Counted from the first letter of the stretch, positions 21,786-33,264 are shown. The stretch: 64,000 nt of DNA from Bdellovibrionales bacterium (GCA_965199825.1 OZ241329.1:992001-1056000); one strand, 5' to 3'. A program made the numbers and translations. The notes: a model not told the origin generated them from the letters alone.

Positions 21786-22067
21786 GTGATTGGGACTGAG
21801 GAAGTAGAAAAAGTGGCGAGTCTAGCTCGGCTAAAACTTGAGCAAACCGAAAAAGAAAAGTTCGCCCAGCAGCTGTCGGCAATATTAAAATCATTTGAGC
21901 AATTGGCCGAGATTGATACCAAAGGGGTTGAACCCTTGATCACGCCCTCGCCCACCGAACCTTGGCTGCGTGAAGATGACGTGACCGAAAACATGGGGGC
22001 AGAGGCTGCGCTCAAAAATGCGCCCGAAAAAAGCGGCAACCTATTTAAAGTTCCGCCGGTGGTTTAA
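21786..22067 (+). CDS. gatC: Asp/Glu-tRNA amidotransferase subunit C
   Basis: VASLARL, LREDDV, NAP..FKVPPV; GTG start after an aaggag SD. Confidence 0.92.
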   Translation: MIGTEEVEKVASLARLKLEQTEKEKFAQQLSAILKSFEQLAEIDTKGVEPLITPSPTEPWLREDDVTENMGAEAALKNAPEKSGNLFKVPPVV

Positions 22068-22068
22068 A

Positions 22069-23529
22069 ATGGAAATATTAAAAAGCACTCTCAAAGAATT
22101 AAAAACTGCTCTTGATAAAAAAGAAATCTCTGCAGTTGAAGTGACCCAAACGTATCTCAAGCAAATCGAAAAATTAAATCCCAATATCAATGCCTTTATC
22201 AGTGTGAGCGACAAAGCTTTAGACAACGCAAAACTCTCTGATCAAAAAAAAGATCGCGGCCCGCTTGAGGGGATTCCAATCGGAATCAAAGATATGTTGT
22301 GCACCAAAGATTTGAAAACCACCGCAGGTTCAAAAATATTAGAAAACTTTGTTCCCACCTACTCGGCCACCGTGGTCGAAAAACTTGAAGGTGCGGGAGC
22401 GATCACGATCGGTAAATGTAACCAAGATGAATTTGCGATGGGTTCAAGCAATGAGACCTCTTATTTTGGGCCAACAAAAAATCCATGGAATACCGATCAT
22501 GTTCCTGGAGGATCCAGTGGAGGCTCGGCCGCAGCGGTGGCCGGAGCAATGTGTGCCGCATCGATCGGAACCGACACCGGAGGATCTATTCGGCAGCCCG
22601 CAAATTTTTGTAATCTGGTTGGAGTTAAACCCACCTATGGCCGCGTGAGCCGCTATGGAATTGTGGCTTTTGCTTCAAGCCTGGATCAAGCGGGGCCTTT
22701 TACAAAAACGGTCGAAGATGCAGCGCTGGTTTTAGAAACCATATGTGGGCGAGATCCTCGCGACTCGACAACCTCTGCACAAAAAGTTCCGCAGTGGAGC
22801 AAACACCTCAATCAAAATCTGAAAGGTGTTAAAATTGGTTTACCTAAAGAATATTTTGGCGAAGGAATTTCTGACGATACCAAAAAAGCAATCGATCAAG
22901 CGATAGCGGCTGCAAAATCTGAAGGTGCCGAACTTGTGGATGTTTCGATTCCGTTATCGAGTGCAGGGGTTTCGGTTTATTATTTGGTGGCCACAAGCGA
23001 AGCTTCGAGCAATCTTGCCCGCTATGACGGGGTGAGATTTGGATTTCGCTCTGACTTTCATCAACGTGCCGCCGAGAGTCTTGAGGAATTTTATTCGCGC
23101 ACACGCGGCGAAGGTTTTGGCCAAGAAGTCAAACGTCGAATTGTCCTTGGAACTTATGCTCTTTCAAGCGGATATTACGATGCCTTTTACACTAAGGCTT
23201 GTCAGGTGCGAAGGTTGTTACGCGATCAGTTTTTGGCCGCGTTTCAAAAATGTGATGTGCTATTAAGTCCGGTGACAACATCACCCGCTTTTAAAATGGG
23301 CGAGCGTGTGGAAGATCCCTTACAAATGTATCTCAACGATATTTATACCATCTCGACAAATCTTGCGGGCATTCCTGGGATGAGTGTTCCAGCTGGATTT
23401 TCACAATCAGGATTGCCAATTGGGGTGCAGCTTTCGTCTGCCCACTTTAACGAACAACATATGCTCAACGTGGGTTATTCGATTGAGCAATCGATCAAAG
23501 CTCATTTAAAGGTGCCAAATGTCTTTTGA
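22069..23529 (+). CDS. gatA: Asp/Glu-tRNA amidotransferase subunit A
   Basis: Amidase signature GGSSGGS, DTGGSIRQPA and SSNLARYDG. Confidence 0.97.
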   Translation: MEILKSTLKELKTALDKKEISAVEVTQTYLKQIEKLNPNINAFISVSDKALDNAKLSDQKKDRGPLEGIPIGIKDMLCTKDLKTTAGSKILENFVPTYSATVVEKLEGAGAITIGKCNQDEFAMGSSNETSYFGPTKNPWNTDHVPGGSSGGSAAAVAGAMCAASIGTDTGGSIRQPANFCNLVGVKPTYGRVSRYGIVAFASSLDQAGPFTKTVEDAALVLETICGRDPRDSTTSAQKVPQWSKHLNQNLKGVKIGLPKEYFGEGISDDTKKAIDQAIAAAKSEGAELVDVSIPLSSAGVSVYYLVATSEASSNLARYDGVRFGFRSDFHQRAAESLEEFYSRTRGEGFGQEVKRRIVLGTYALSSGYYDAFYTKACQVRRLLRDQFLAAFQKCDVLLSPVTTSPAFKMGERVEDPLQMYLNDIYTISTNLAGIPGMSVPAGFSQSGLPIGVQLSSAHFNEQHMLNVGYSIEQSIKAHLKVPNVF

Positions 23530-24952
23530 AAATTGGGAAACAGTGATTGGGCTTGAAGTCCATGTGCAGCTTCAAACGAATACAAAAGTTTTTTCGGCAG
23601 ATAGCACCGCATTTGGATCGGGTGATAATGAAAACACCAATCCTGTAAGCCTCGCGATGCCAGGAACTTTGCCGGTGCTCAATCGCAAAGCGGTTGAGTA
23701 CTCGATCAAGACCGGTCTTGCTTTAAAATGTGGAATTCGGAAATCATCGGTATTTGCGCGCAAAAATTATTTTTATCCCGATTTACCAAAGGGCTACCAA
23801 ATCTCACAATTTGATAAGCCCCTTTGTGAAGAAGGCAGCGTCGAATTTTATCACGATGGAAAAATAAAGAAGGTCCGCATCGAGCGCGCTCATATGGAAG
23901 AAGACGCGGGGAAGTCCACCCATCACGGAGATTACACGCTGATTAATCTTAATCGTGCGGGTGTCCCCTTGCTTGAAGTTGTGTCGGGTCCCGATATGCG
24001 CTCTGCGGGCGAGGCCGCCGAATATGCGCGCACCATTCGCAATATTGTGCGCTACCTCGGGGTGTGTGATGGCAATCTCGAAGAAGGCTCGTTGCGCTGC
24101 GACTGCAATGTGAGTGTTAGAAAAAAAGGCGAAACCAAACTCGGCACAAAAGTCGAACTCAAAAACATAAACTCATTTCGGTTTATCGAAAAGGCGATCG
24201 AATACGAAACCCAACGCCAAATTGAGTGCATCGAATCGGGCGAAAAGATTATTCAAGAGACCCGTCTTTATGATTCGGCAAAGAATCGGACATTTTCGAT
24301 GCGGGCAAAAGAAGAGGCTCATGACTATCGTTACTTTCCTGATCCTGATTTGTTGCCCTTGATTGTTGAGGATGCCTGGATCGAAAAAATTAAGGCGACT
24401 CTGCCAGAGCTTCCGCTTGCACGAGCTCAAAGATTTCAAAATGAATATCAACTTCCTGAGTATGATTCTTTTGTGCTGACCCAAGAGATTGAGCTTGCCC
24501 ATTATTTTGAACAGGCTGCCAAATCTTGTAAAAATCCAAAGGCCATTTCAAATTGGATGATGACCGAATTGTTGCGCGAATTGAATGAGTCGCAAACGCC
24601 GGTGGATAAAAGTCCGATCACTCCAGAAAACTTGGGCGGTCTTGTGCAACTGATTGATGACGGAAAAATTTCTGGCAAAATGGCGAAAGAAGTTTTTGCG
24701 GGCATGTGGGGATCTAAAAAAACTCCTGCCGAAGTGGTGGCCGAAAAAGGCTTGTCACAAATCAGCGACGATTCTGCCATTTTAAAAATTATCGAATCGG
24801 TCATGGCCCAGAGTACAAACCAAGTGAACGATTATCGCGGTGGAAAAACAAAATTGTTCGGATTTTTCGTAGGGCAAGTGATGAAGGCCTCCAAAGGTCA
24901 GGCCAATCCTGATGTGGTCAATCGATTATTATTGGAAAAACTGAAAGCATGA
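23519..24952 (+). CDS. gatB: Asp/Glu-tRNA amidotransferase subunit B
   Basis: IGLEVHVQL, YFYPDLPKGYQISQ, HMEEDAGK and DYRYFPDPDL. Confidence 0.97.
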   Translation: MSFENWETVIGLEVHVQLQTNTKVFSADSTAFGSGDNENTNPVSLAMPGTLPVLNRKAVEYSIKTGLALKCGIRKSSVFARKNYFYPDLPKGYQISQFDKPLCEEGSVEFYHDGKIKKVRIERAHMEEDAGKSTHHGDYTLINLNRAGVPLLEVVSGPDMRSAGEAAEYARTIRNIVRYLGVCDGNLEEGSLRCDCNVSVRKKGETKLGTKVELKNINSFRFIEKAIEYETQRQIECIESGEKIIQETRLYDSAKNRTFSMRAKEEAHDYRYFPDPDLLPLIVEDAWIEKIKATLPELPLARAQRFQNEYQLPEYDSFVLTQEIELAHYFEQAAKSCKNPKAISNWMMTELLRELNESQTPVDKSPITPENLGGLVQLIDDGKISGKMAKEVFAGMWGSKKTPAEVVAEKGLSQISDDSAILKIIESVMAQSTNQVNDYRGGKTKLFGFFVGQVMKASKGQANPDVVNRLLLEKLKA

Positions 24953-25836
24953 AGGTTGCAGCCCTCGACTTAGGCTCAAACACTTTTTTGATGTTGATTG
25001 CCGACGTGACTGAGGGTCGCCTCACCAAAATTTATCGGGATGAAATCGAAGTGGTGCGTCTTGGTCAGGGGCTTGCTCATACCGGCCGCATCTCGAATGA
25101 GGCTCTAAAGCGAGCCAAAAATTGCTTTCATCGATTTTCTGAAATAATTAAAGTTGAAAAGCCAGAGCGAGTGGTGGCGGTTGCAACCAGTGCGGCACGT
25201 GATGCTTCTAATCGGGCCGAGTTCGAAAACTTAGCGAGATCTTATAACATCAATGTGCAAACCATCACCGGCGAAAAAGAGGCGGCGGTGACTTTTAAGG
25301 GAGCAACATTTGATCTTAAGGATGCGGTCGATCCCTTAGTGATTGATGTGGGCGGAGGTTCAACCGAAATTATTAATCAGCACAGTGGGATCAGCCTCAA
25401 TATTGGAAGTGTGCGACTGACCGATCGATTTTTTGCCCAACAGCCACCAAACCCAACCGAGATGTTAAAACTCAAAGATTTTTTAAAATCAGAACTAGCA
25501 AAAGCACCATTGCCAAAAAACTCGAAAACAATTGTGGGTGTTGCAGGGACTCCCGTGGCCTTTGCGTGTTTGCAACGGGCTATGCCCTATGACGAAACCT
25601 TTATTCACAAAAGTGTGCTGACACTCAAGCAAATCGAAACTTGGGTACAAAAATTATTTCCGTTGCCCATTGTTGCACGCGAACAACTTGCAGGTATGCC
25701 CCCCAATCGCTCTGATGTTTTAGTCGCAGGCGGGGCGATCTTATCGGCAACTCTTCAGGCGCTTGAATCTTCAGAGCTTGTGGTGTCAACCAAAGGTGTA
25801 CGCTATGGGCTTGCTCTGTTATGGGAGAGTTTTTGA
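24949..25836 (+). CDS. ppx: Ppx/GppA-family phosphatase (short form)
   Basis: ALDLGSNT, ATSAARDASN, IDVGGGSTE and GVRYG. Confidence 0.88.
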   Translation: MKVAALDLGSNTFLMLIADVTEGRLTKIYRDEIEVVRLGQGLAHTGRISNEALKRAKNCFHRFSEIIKVEKPERVVAVATSAARDASNRAEFENLARSYNINVQTITGEKEAAVTFKGATFDLKDAVDPLVIDVGGGSTEIINQHSGISLNIGSVRLTDRFFAQQPPNPTEMLKLKDFLKSELAKAPLPKNSKTIVGVAGTPVAFACLQRAMPYDETFIHKSVLTLKQIETWVQKLFPLPIVAREQLAGMPPNRSDVLVAGGAILSATLQALESSELVVSTKGVRYGLALLWESF

Positions 25837-26276
25837 TTTATTTATTTTTAAATTTCTGTTTTGCTTTGCCGATTTTTAACGCTCAGGTGGATCAACAAAA
25901 AATCTCGGTAGAAGTTGCTGACACCGAAGAAACTCGACAAAAGGGTTTGATGAATCGGCATGAGATGAAGCCCGATCATGGAATGCTCTTTATTTTTGAT
26001 CAATCGCGAGTCCTGAATTTTTGGATGAAGAATACATTTATCCCGCTTTCGATCGGTTTTTTTGACGAAAATTGCCGGCTTGTTCAAAAATTAGAGATGA
26101 CCGAGGTTGCAAGCGAAATGGAAGAGCCAAAAGCCACCTACTCCAGCGGGAAATCGGCTCTGATGGCCCTTGAGATGAATAAAGATTGGTTTAAAAATAG
26201 TCAGGTACATAAGACAATTTTAACTTTGAGTGGGAGCCGACCTAGCCATTGGCCGAGGTGTTTAAAGCCGCGGTAG
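25821..26276 (+). CDS. DUF192 domain protein
   Basis: VEVADT..RQKGLM, GMLFIF, FWMKNTFIPLSIGF and ALEMN. Confidence 0.9.
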   Translation: MGEFLIYLFLNFCFALPIFNAQVDQQKISVEVADTEETRQKGLMNRHEMKPDHGMLFIFDQSRVLNFWMKNTFIPLSIGFFDENCRLVQKLEMTEVASEMEEPKATYSSGKSALMALEMNKDWFKNSQVHKTILTLSGSRPSHWPRCLKPR

Positions 26277-26385
26277 CGCGCGGTGACTTAAGACCTGTCA
26301 AAAGAATTAATCTTTTTAAGTCAAAATCTTATGTGCTTAAATAAAAAGAGTGAACGGATACACTTACAAACTGAGGATAAGCATA

Positions 26386-27747
26386 ATGGCAAAGCAATTC
26401 GGGATCACCTTACTGGTCTCCCTCCTTATGTTCGGAGCGACAGGCTGTACTTCTAAAGACGTTGAAAACGATGATGGAGACACAGCAGAAGCTTCAGCAG
26501 ATGCAGGAAGCGACGACACAGCCGCGGCGGATGACGGTCAAGGCCTCGATGGAAAAGCGACTACTGGAGATGCGGCAACAAACGATAGCGACATCGTCAC
26601 CGATTTAGATGGTGGTGATAAGGCTGCCGATGCCCCTGCTGCTGCTGGAGATGTGAGCGATGCACCACCCGCAACTAACGCGGCTTCAGACGAATTTGCC
26701 GATATGGACGGTGACGTCAGTACAGCTTCAAACGATACCGCACCTGTTGCGGCCGATCAGCCACCAACCGATGTCACACCTGTGGACGATGGTAAGGCGA
26801 TGAATTCTCCGCCACCCATTGCAGACTCAACCTCGGCGCCAATACCGCCTCCTCAAGACGATGCTTCGGCACCGGTTGCTCCACCAAGCGATGAAGCACC
26901 GGCCGCACCACGTCCTACCGGAAGTTTAAAAAAAGTTGTTGATGCTCCCTTTGAACGGGGTGGCGTTTTGCTCAATGCGGTTTATCTTGCGCGAAGTGGA
27001 GATACCTATAAATCATTGAGCACAAAGGTTTACGGCTCTGCTGCCAAAGCGAAAGAGATCCAAAAAGTAAATCCATTTTTGGGCAAAAAATTAAAAGTTG
27101 GCGACAAGGTTTATTACAATTCTCCCCAACGTCCTACCGACAATACAAAAATGCTCACCCTCTATGAAGATCTTGGGATGGAGCCCGAAATATACATGGC
27201 AAAAGCGGGTGACAACATCCACGCGGTTGCTAAAAACTTGTTAGGCAATAAAGATTCTTGGAAAGAACTGTGGGCAACAAACGCCGGTGTTGAATCCAAA
27301 GGCGAAATGACCGAAGGGACCCAACTTCGTTACTGGGCAAGTTCTGATGTGGCAGCTCCGGCTTTGGCAAAAAATTCTCCGCCACCCGCCGAGCCCCAAG
27401 TGGATGAGCTTGCGGCAAGTCCCCCACCACCGCCACCACCTCCACCCGCACAACAAGGCATGACTCCTCCTGGAGATCCAAATCAGCAGGCCGGAATGGC
27501 AGCCGGAACAATGGAGCCACCACCGCCTCCACCCCCAATGCCTGAGCCTCCGCCCCCTCCACCACCTGCGATGGCTGCACCAAAGCCTCACGTGGCAGCG
27601 GCAAGCGAAGATGCAACCGATCCACTTTATTTAGGTGCGGGCGCAGCTTTGGTTTTGGCAGCGGTTGGAATGTACATCATGATTCGTAAAAAACGATCGC
27701 GCCGACAGTTGGATTTTAATACGTCGACACAAACTCAGATTGAGTAG
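26386..27747 (+). CDS. Lipoprotein with an acidic disordered linker, two LysM-like domains, a poly-Pro region and a C-terminal TM helix
   Basis: Lipobox ATGC; YLARSGDTY..LKVGDKVY and YMAKAGDNI..LWATN LysM-like units; TM followed by RKKRSRR. Confidence 0.75.
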   Translation: MAKQFGITLLVSLLMFGATGCTSKDVENDDGDTAEASADAGSDDTAAADDGQGLDGKATTGDAATNDSDIVTDLDGGDKAADAPAAAGDVSDAPPATNAASDEFADMDGDVSTASNDTAPVAADQPPTDVTPVDDGKAMNSPPPIADSTSAPIPPPQDDASAPVAPPSDEAPAAPRPTGSLKKVVDAPFERGGVLLNAVYLARSGDTYKSLSTKVYGSAAKAKEIQKVNPFLGKKLKVGDKVYYNSPQRPTDNTKMLTLYEDLGMEPEIYMAKAGDNIHAVAKNLLGNKDSWKELWATNAGVESKGEMTEGTQLRYWASSDVAAPALAKNSPPPAEPQVDELAASPPPPPPPPPAQQGMTPPGDPNQQAGMAAGTMEPPPPPPPMPEPPPPPPPAMAAPKPHVAAASEDATDPLYLGAGAALVLAAVGMYIMIRKKRSRRQLDFNTSTQTQIE

Positions 27748-27756
27748 AAGGTCTGA

Positions 27757-28134
27757 CTAGTAAACACGTTTTATGATATCGTCGAAAACAGAGCGCTTGG
27801 TATCACGGCTGTTTTCGACAAAGTACATAAGGTCATCAACGATTTGTACATCGCGATTATTAAAAGGCTTAAATCGAACTCCACAACCGTCTTGATTTTT
27901 CCAGATGACAGTCGCCGAAATTTTGCGGCGGCGGCCACCGACCGAAAGTGTCAAAACCAATTTGTCTGCACTTTGTAAATCAATGGTTCCGGTTTCAACA
28001 AATGCTCCGGTCAAACTGATATTGCGAAGCGTTCCCTTGACCATTTGCCGGGCGTAATTGCGGCGAAACTCGATACCTAATTGGAGTGGGATTCTGGGAG
28101 AGGTTTTACCGGTTGGAAGTCTCTCGATTGTCAT
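27757..28134 (-). CDS. Stand-alone PilZ domain protein
   Basis: SPRIPL, NISLTGAF and GCGVRF; aaggag SD; the RxxxR motif is only partial. Confidence 0.85.
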   Translation of the reverse strand: MTIERLPTGKTSPRIPLQLGIEFRRNYARQMVKGTLRNISLTGAFVETGTIDLQSADKLVLTLSVGGRRRKISATVIWKNQDGCGVRFKPFNNRDVQIVDDLMYFVENSRDTKRSVFDDIIKRVY

Positions 28135-28163
28135 AATCCTATATCTCCTTTGGGTTACTTAAT

Positions 28164-28190
28164 TTGTCGGAATTGTTTTTGGAAATATTA
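28164..28190 (-). promoter_or_regulatory. Putative sigma-28 (FliA) promoter of the PilZ gene
   Basis: TAAT-N15-TCCGACAA on the minus strand versus consensus TAAA-N15-GCCGATAA. Confidence 0.5.
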
Positions 28191-28460
28191 AGTTTTCTAA
28201 AAAAGAGGGTTTTTTTGTTTCGTTTTGAATCACTTTGCAGAAACTTCGCTTGCAAGTTTGCGGTTTTTTATGAAATATTAATAGGGTCTGGGCATATTAT
28301 AGGATCCGCGTTCCATTTGAACGTGTTCCATTGACAAAATCCACCGTTCAATTTTATCAACAAAAGGTCTAAAAACAAATTCAAGACATTATCACCTCCA
28401 AATCCAACCTCGCGAGTTGATCTCAAAAAAGTTATTTAAAGACACATAAAGGAAAAACAA

Positions 28461-30098
28461 ATGGACGAAAAACGGGACACTCCCGAAGTCGAAACCAAGG
28501 TCGAAACAAAAACTGAAGATTCAAAACCTTCAGAGGCTCAGTCCGCACAAAACTCTCATCCTCTCGAAGAAGATCGCTCCGAGCAAAGACCGACGGGTGG
28601 CTTTCGAAAACACAACAACAATAATAGTAATAACAATCGCGGACGCGAACACCACCGCAATCGCCCCCAAAAAAATGGTGGCCAAAATTTTCGCAGCAAC
28701 AATAACAGCAACGGTGGCTACCAAAATCGTAATTCTCAAGGTGGACCAAATGGTCAACATCGCATGCCGATGCAAGACGACATGGCCGAAGAAGTTCCAC
28801 AGCAAGTTATTGATCTCTCTGATATCAATTTGACCGAAGACGAAAGAAAAGAACTCAACTCAAAAAATTTAAAATCAAAAGATATTCGTGAGCTCACAAC
28901 TCTTGCATTAAAATTAAAGATTGAGAATGCCGCAGGTCTTCGCCGCCAAGATATGGTGTTTGAGATTTTAAAACGGGCAGCCCAACTCGGTGATATTTTT
29001 GGCAATGGTGTTTTAGAAATCTTGCCTGATGGTTATGGGTTTTTACGATCGCCCGATTATAATTACTTGCCAGGTCCTGATGATATTTATGTGAGCCCTT
29101 CGCAAATTCGTCGATTTGGATTGCGCACCGGTGACACTGTCAGCGGAACCGTTCGCCCACCCAAAGATGGCGAGCGCTATTTTGCTTTGTTAAAAGTCGA
29201 CTCTCTCAATTTTGAACCTTCGGATAAATCAAAAGATAAAATTTTATTTGATAACCTCACACCACTTTATCCTAACGAAAGATTAAAGCTCGAATGGAGT
29301 CCCAAGGATTACACAACACGTGTTGTGGATTTGATGGCTCCTATCGGCAAAGGTCAGCGCGCGCTTATAGTAGCACCTCCGCGTACCGGCAAAACGGTGC
29401 TCATGCAAAATATCGCAAACGCTATTGCGAACAATCATCCTGAAGTGATTTTGATTGTTCTTTTGATTGATGAACGCCCTGAGGAAGTGACCGACATGCT
29501 TCGCTCGGTCAAAGGCGAAGTTGTGAGCTCCACATTCGATGAGCCACCCACTCGCCACGTTCAAGTGGCCGAGATGGTGATCGAAAAAGCCAAACGCTTA
29601 GTCGAGCACAAACATGATGTGGTAATCCTTCTTGATAGCATCACAAGACTTGCACGAGCTTATAATACGGTTGTGCCGCCCTCTGGAAAAATCCTGTCTG
29701 GTGGTGTGGACTCAAATGCGCTTCATAAACCAAAACGATTTTTTGGTGCCGCCAGAAATATCGAAGAAGGTGGAAGCTTGACCGTCATCGCCACTGCACT
29801 GATCGATACCGGATCACGGATGGACGAAGTGATTTTTGAAGAATTTAAAGGAACCGGTAACTCCGAAATTATTCTTGATCGCAAGCTAATGGAAAAACGA
29901 ATTTTCCCATGTATGGACATCAACAAATCGGGCACCCGAAAAGAGGATTTGCTGGTTCAAAAAGTCGATCTCAATCGCTTATGGATTTTGCGCAAAGTTT
30001 TGGCGCCGATGAATGTGGTCGATAGCATGGAATTTTTAATCGACAAGTTGGCAAACACCAAAACCAATGCCGACTTTTTGAATGCGATGAGCGGTTGA
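28461..30098 (+). CDS. rho: Transcription termination factor Rho with an N-terminal Asn/Gln-rich extension
   Basis: [33 protein letters not shown] and [12 protein letters not shown]. Confidence 0.97.
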   Translation: MDEKRDTPEVETKVETKTEDSKPSEAQSAQNSHPLEEDRSEQRPTGGFRKHNNNNSNNNRGREHHRNRPQKNGGQNFRSNNNSNGGYQNRNSQGGPNGQHRMPMQDDMAEEVPQQVIDLSDINLTEDERKELNSKNLKSKDIRELTTLALKLKIENAAGLRRQDMVFEILKRAAQLGDIFGNGVLEILPDGYGFLRSPDYNYLPGPDDIYVSPSQIRRFGLRTGDTVSGTVRPPKDGERYFALLKVDSLNFEPSDKSKDKILFDNLTPLYPNERLKLEWSPKDYTTRVVDLMAPIGKGQRALIVAPPRTGKTVLMQNIANAIANNHPEVILIVLLIDERPEEVTDMLRSVKGEVVSSTFDEPPTRHVQVAEMVIEKAKRLVEHKHDVVILLDSITRLARAYNTVVPPSGKILSGGVDSNALHKPKRFFGAARNIEEGGSLTVIATALIDTGSRMDEVIFEEFKGTGNSEIILDRKLMEKRIFPCMDINKSGTRKEDLLVQKVDLNRLWILRKVLAPMNVVDSMEFLIDKLANTKTNADFLNAMSG

Positions 30099-31175
30099 TT
30101 GTTTCAAAAGTTAGACGAAGTCGAAAAACGGTTTGAGCAAATCCAAAACGATTTGCAGCAGCCTTCGGTCGCCAATGAGCAGCAGCGTTTTCGAACACTG
30201 ATGAAAGAGCTCTCCACATTGGAATCGGTGGTGAGCGTTTATCGCCAATACAAAACGGTCCACAGCGATCTTAAAGCCAACCGCTTGTTGTTTGAGGCTG
30301 AAAAAGAAAACGAGATGCGGGCACTCATCCGCGATGAGATTGCTGATCTTGAGACGCGCCATCATGAACTCGAAGAGCGACTCAAGATTGTGATGCTGCC
30401 CAAAGATCCCAATGACGAAAAAAATATTATTCTAGAAGTGCGAGCCGGTGCAGGCGGCGATGAGGCAAGCCTTTTTGCCGAGCAACTGTTCCGCGGCTAC
30501 GGTCACTATGCCGCAGGTAAGGGATGGTCGGTTAAAATTCTATCGCTCTCTTCGGGCAATGTGGGCGGATACAAAGAAGCTGTTGCTCTGATCACGGGCG
30601 AAAAAGTTTTTTCGCATTTGAAATACGAAAGCGGCGTTCACCGCGTGCAGCGTGTGCCCAAGACCGAAGCCTCGGGACGCATTCATACTTCAACCGTGAC
30701 TGTTGCGGTGATTCCAGAGGCTGACGAAGTTGAAGTCAAAATCAATCCCAACGAATTGCGCATCGATGTCTATCGCTCGAGCGGCCATGGGGGGCAATCG
30801 GTCAATACCACCGATTCTGCGGTGCGAGTCACCCATTTGCCCACGGGACTCGTAGTCACCTGCCAAGATGGCAAATCGCAATTGAGCAACAAAGAAACCG
30901 CAATCAAAGTTCTCTATTCCAGATTGCTTGCTCAAGAAGAAGAAAAAGCGCGTAGCGAAGCCTCCTCACAGCGACTAGCACAGATCGGCACCGGCGATCG
31001 CTCTGAGAGGATCCGCACCTATAATTTTCCTCAGTCGCGCATTACTGATCACCGGATTGGATTTACAACTCATCAGATCGATTCGATTTTGGCTGGTGCT
31101 TTTGATAGTTTAATTGAACCGCTCAACACCTATTACCAAGCCGAAGCTCTCAAACGCCAAAACCAATCGGCATGA
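30099..31175 (+). CDS. prfA: Peptide chain release factor 1
   Basis: VQRVPKTE (PxT), GGQ motif and RTYNFPQ; TTG start directly after the rho stop. Confidence 0.96.
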   Translation: MFQKLDEVEKRFEQIQNDLQQPSVANEQQRFRTLMKELSTLESVVSVYRQYKTVHSDLKANRLLFEAEKENEMRALIRDEIADLETRHHELEERLKIVMLPKDPNDEKNIILEVRAGAGGDEASLFAEQLFRGYGHYAAGKGWSVKILSLSSGNVGGYKEAVALITGEKVFSHLKYESGVHRVQRVPKTEASGRIHTSTVTVAVIPEADEVEVKINPNELRIDVYRSSGHGGQSVNTTDSAVRVTHLPTGLVVTCQDGKSQLSNKETAIKVLYSRLLAQEEEKARSEASSQRLAQIGTGDRSERIRTYNFPQSRITDHRIGFTTHQIDSILAGAFDSLIEPLNTYYQAEALKRQNQSA

Positions 31176-31984
31176 CCGCACTCGACGCCTTAAAGTTTTA
31201 TCAAAAACAGATTGGCTTTCTAGAATCAGAATTATTGATTCAACATTTTTTAAAAATCTCACGTGAAAAACTCCATCTCGATGGCGAACATATCCAGCTT
31301 AAAGCCGATCAGTCGGATCTATTAAAAGCTGCTGCACAACGCATTTTAGCCAAAGAATCTCTGGCTTATATCGTGGGCTACAAAGATTTTTATAAAAGTC
31401 GATTTGAGGTGGGCCCGGGAGTTTTGGTCCCCCGCCCCGAGAGCGAACTGGTTGTCGAGGCGGTTTTAAAATATAAAAAAGAATTTAAAGATATTGCTGA
31501 TTTTGGTGCTGGCAGTGGTTGCATCGGGCTTTCAATTTTGGCCGAGCGCCCTCAAGCCCATTTGCTCTGTGTGGAAGCATCCAGCGAAGCATTTAGATAC
31601 TTAATTAAAAATGCCAACGCTTTTACAAACGCAAAATGTGTTTTGACGACTGTCGAAAGTGTTGAGGGTGAGTTTGATGTGGTGGTTGCGAACCCTCCTT
31701 ATATCGCTACGGAAGACCCTTTTGTCGATGAAGGTGTACGAAGGTATGAGCCAGCACAAGCTTTGTTTTCCGAAGACCACGGCTTCAAACATTTTACTCA
31801 ATGGTCGCTCAAGGCTTTTGAAGTTTTAAGACCTCACGGACTTTTTGTTTGTGAAATTGGTTATAACCAGGGCAAAAGAGCGAAACATATGATGGAAAAA
31901 TTATTTGTGGATTGTGATTTGATTCGAGATCTTAACGGTCATGATCGAGTGATTCTTGGTTTCAAAACTTCGAGTTTGGCGTAG
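31172..31984 (+). CDS. prmC: Release factor glutamine methyltransferase
   Basis: [18 protein letters not shown] and NPPY; follows prfA. Confidence 0.93.
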   Translation: MTALDALKFYQKQIGFLESELLIQHFLKISREKLHLDGEHIQLKADQSDLLKAAAQRILAKESLAYIVGYKDFYKSRFEVGPGVLVPRPESELVVEAVLKYKKEFKDIADFGAGSGCIGLSILAERPQAHLLCVEASSEAFRYLIKNANAFTNAKCVLTTVESVEGEFDVVVANPPYIATEDPFVDEGVRRYEPAQALFSEDHGFKHFTQWSLKAFEVLRPHGLFVCEIGYNQGKRAKHMMEKLFVDCDLIRDLNGHDRVILGFKTSSLA

Positions 31985-32007
31985 GCTCGCTCATGGAGGA
32001 AAATCAG

Positions 32008-33264
32008 ATGGATAAGATGCGAGTGGCTAGCGGAAGAGTGTTGAAAGGCGCGGTCAGTGCCAGTGGTTCAAAAAATGCGGCCCTTCCTATCTTATTTTCG
32101 GCGTTATTGGCTGAGGGCAAACATGTTTTTCATAATGTTCCCCATCTGAAAGATATCGAAAACACCTGTGAGCTTTTGCAATTTTTGGGTTGTAAAACCC
32201 ATCATGAAAATTCGGTTCTCACTATCGACGTCGGCGAGCCGCCAACGTTAGAGGCCCCTTACGATATCGTGCGAAAAATGCGGGCAAGCATTCTGGTGCT
32301 CGGTCCGCTGATCACCCGGTATGGACGCGCACGCGTCTCGATGCCAGGGGGTTGCGCCATTGGAACGCGGCCCATTGATCTTCATATTGAGGGGTTAAGA
32401 GCCCTCGGTGCAGAGATCGAACTCGACCAAGGTTATGTCAATGCTCGCAGCTCAAGACTGAAGGGCAACACTCTTTTGTTTGAATCCCCTACGGTGGGCG
32501 GCACAGAGAACTTGATGATGGCGGCTTGCCTAGCTTCGGGCACGACCATTATCGAGAATGCAGCCAAAGAACCTGAGATCGTGGACCTTGCAAACTACCT
32601 CAACAAAATGGGTGCAACCGTCCAAGGTGCGGGCACGAGCATTTTGCGAATCGAAGGGGTTCAAAAACTTTCGCCCGCGGAGCATTCGATTATGCCCGAT
32701 CGCATTGAGGTCGGCACTTTGTTGATTGCAGCAGCAATTACGGGTGGCGAGGTGACGGTTCAAAAAGCACGACCCCAAGATCTTGAAGCCCTGCTTGCAA
32801 AGCTGAAAGAGTCTGGATTTTCAATCAGCTCAAAGGCCAACGAGATTTCGCTTAAATCTCCCAATCGTTGGTTTGGTGTGGACTTAACCACAACACCGCA
32901 TCCAGGATTTCCAACCGATCTTCAGGCGCAGTTCATGGCCTTGATGACCCAAGCTGAAGGCACAAGTGTGATCACCGAAACCGTTTTTGAAAATCGATTT
33001 ATGCATGTGCAAGAATTGATGAGGCTTGGTGCAGATATCACTCCTAAAACTCGTGTGGCGGTGGTGCGCGGGGCTCATGATCAATTGGTGGGAGCAGAGG
33101 TGATGGCCACTGATCTTCGCGCAAGCGCTTGTTTGGTTCTTGCTGGTCTAGTTGCAAAAGGCGAAACCACGGTGAGCCGCATTTATCATTTGGACCGGGG
33201 CTATGAAGGTCTAGAGCATAAGCTCACCGCAATTGGTGCGGACATTTCTCGCCTTCACGAATGA
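32008..33264 (+). CDS. murA: UDP-N-acetylglucosamine 1-carboxyvinyltransferase
   Basis: [32 protein letters not shown] and DLRAS; ggagga SD favours start 32008. Confidence 0.97.
   Translation: MDKMRVASGRVLKGAVSASGSKNAALPILFSALLAEGKHVFHNVPHLKDIENTCELLQFLGCKTHHENSVLTIDVGEPPTLEAPYDIVRKMRASILVLGPLITRYGRARVSMPGGCAIGTRPIDLHIEGLRALGAEIELDQGYVNARSSRLKGNTLLFESPTVGGTENLMMAACLASGTTIIENAAKEPEIVDLANYLNKMGATVQGAGTSILRIEGVQKLSPAEHSIMPDRIEVGTLLIAAAITGGEVTVQKARPQDLEALLAKLKESGFSISSKANEISLKSPNRWFGVDLTTTPHPGFPTDLQAQFMALMTQAEGTSVITETVFENRFMHVQELMRLGADITPKTRVAVVRGAHDQLVGAEVMATDLRASACLVLAGLVAKGETTVSRIYHLDRGYEGLEHKLTAIGADISRLHE

Noticed and set aside
27230..27625. Antisense ORFs over the poly-Pro region and other short shadow ORFs in the track
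   Set aside because: They are by-products of codon bias on the coding strand and have no motifs or SD
28308..28332. parS-like sequence gttccatttgaac
   Set aside because: Wrong length and centre relative to the TGTTNCACGTGAAACA consensus
30090..30105. Rho-PrfA readthrough fusion (TGA directly followed by in-frame TTG)
   Set aside because: Both proteins are complete on their own and translational coupling is the simpler explanation; there is no recoding signal
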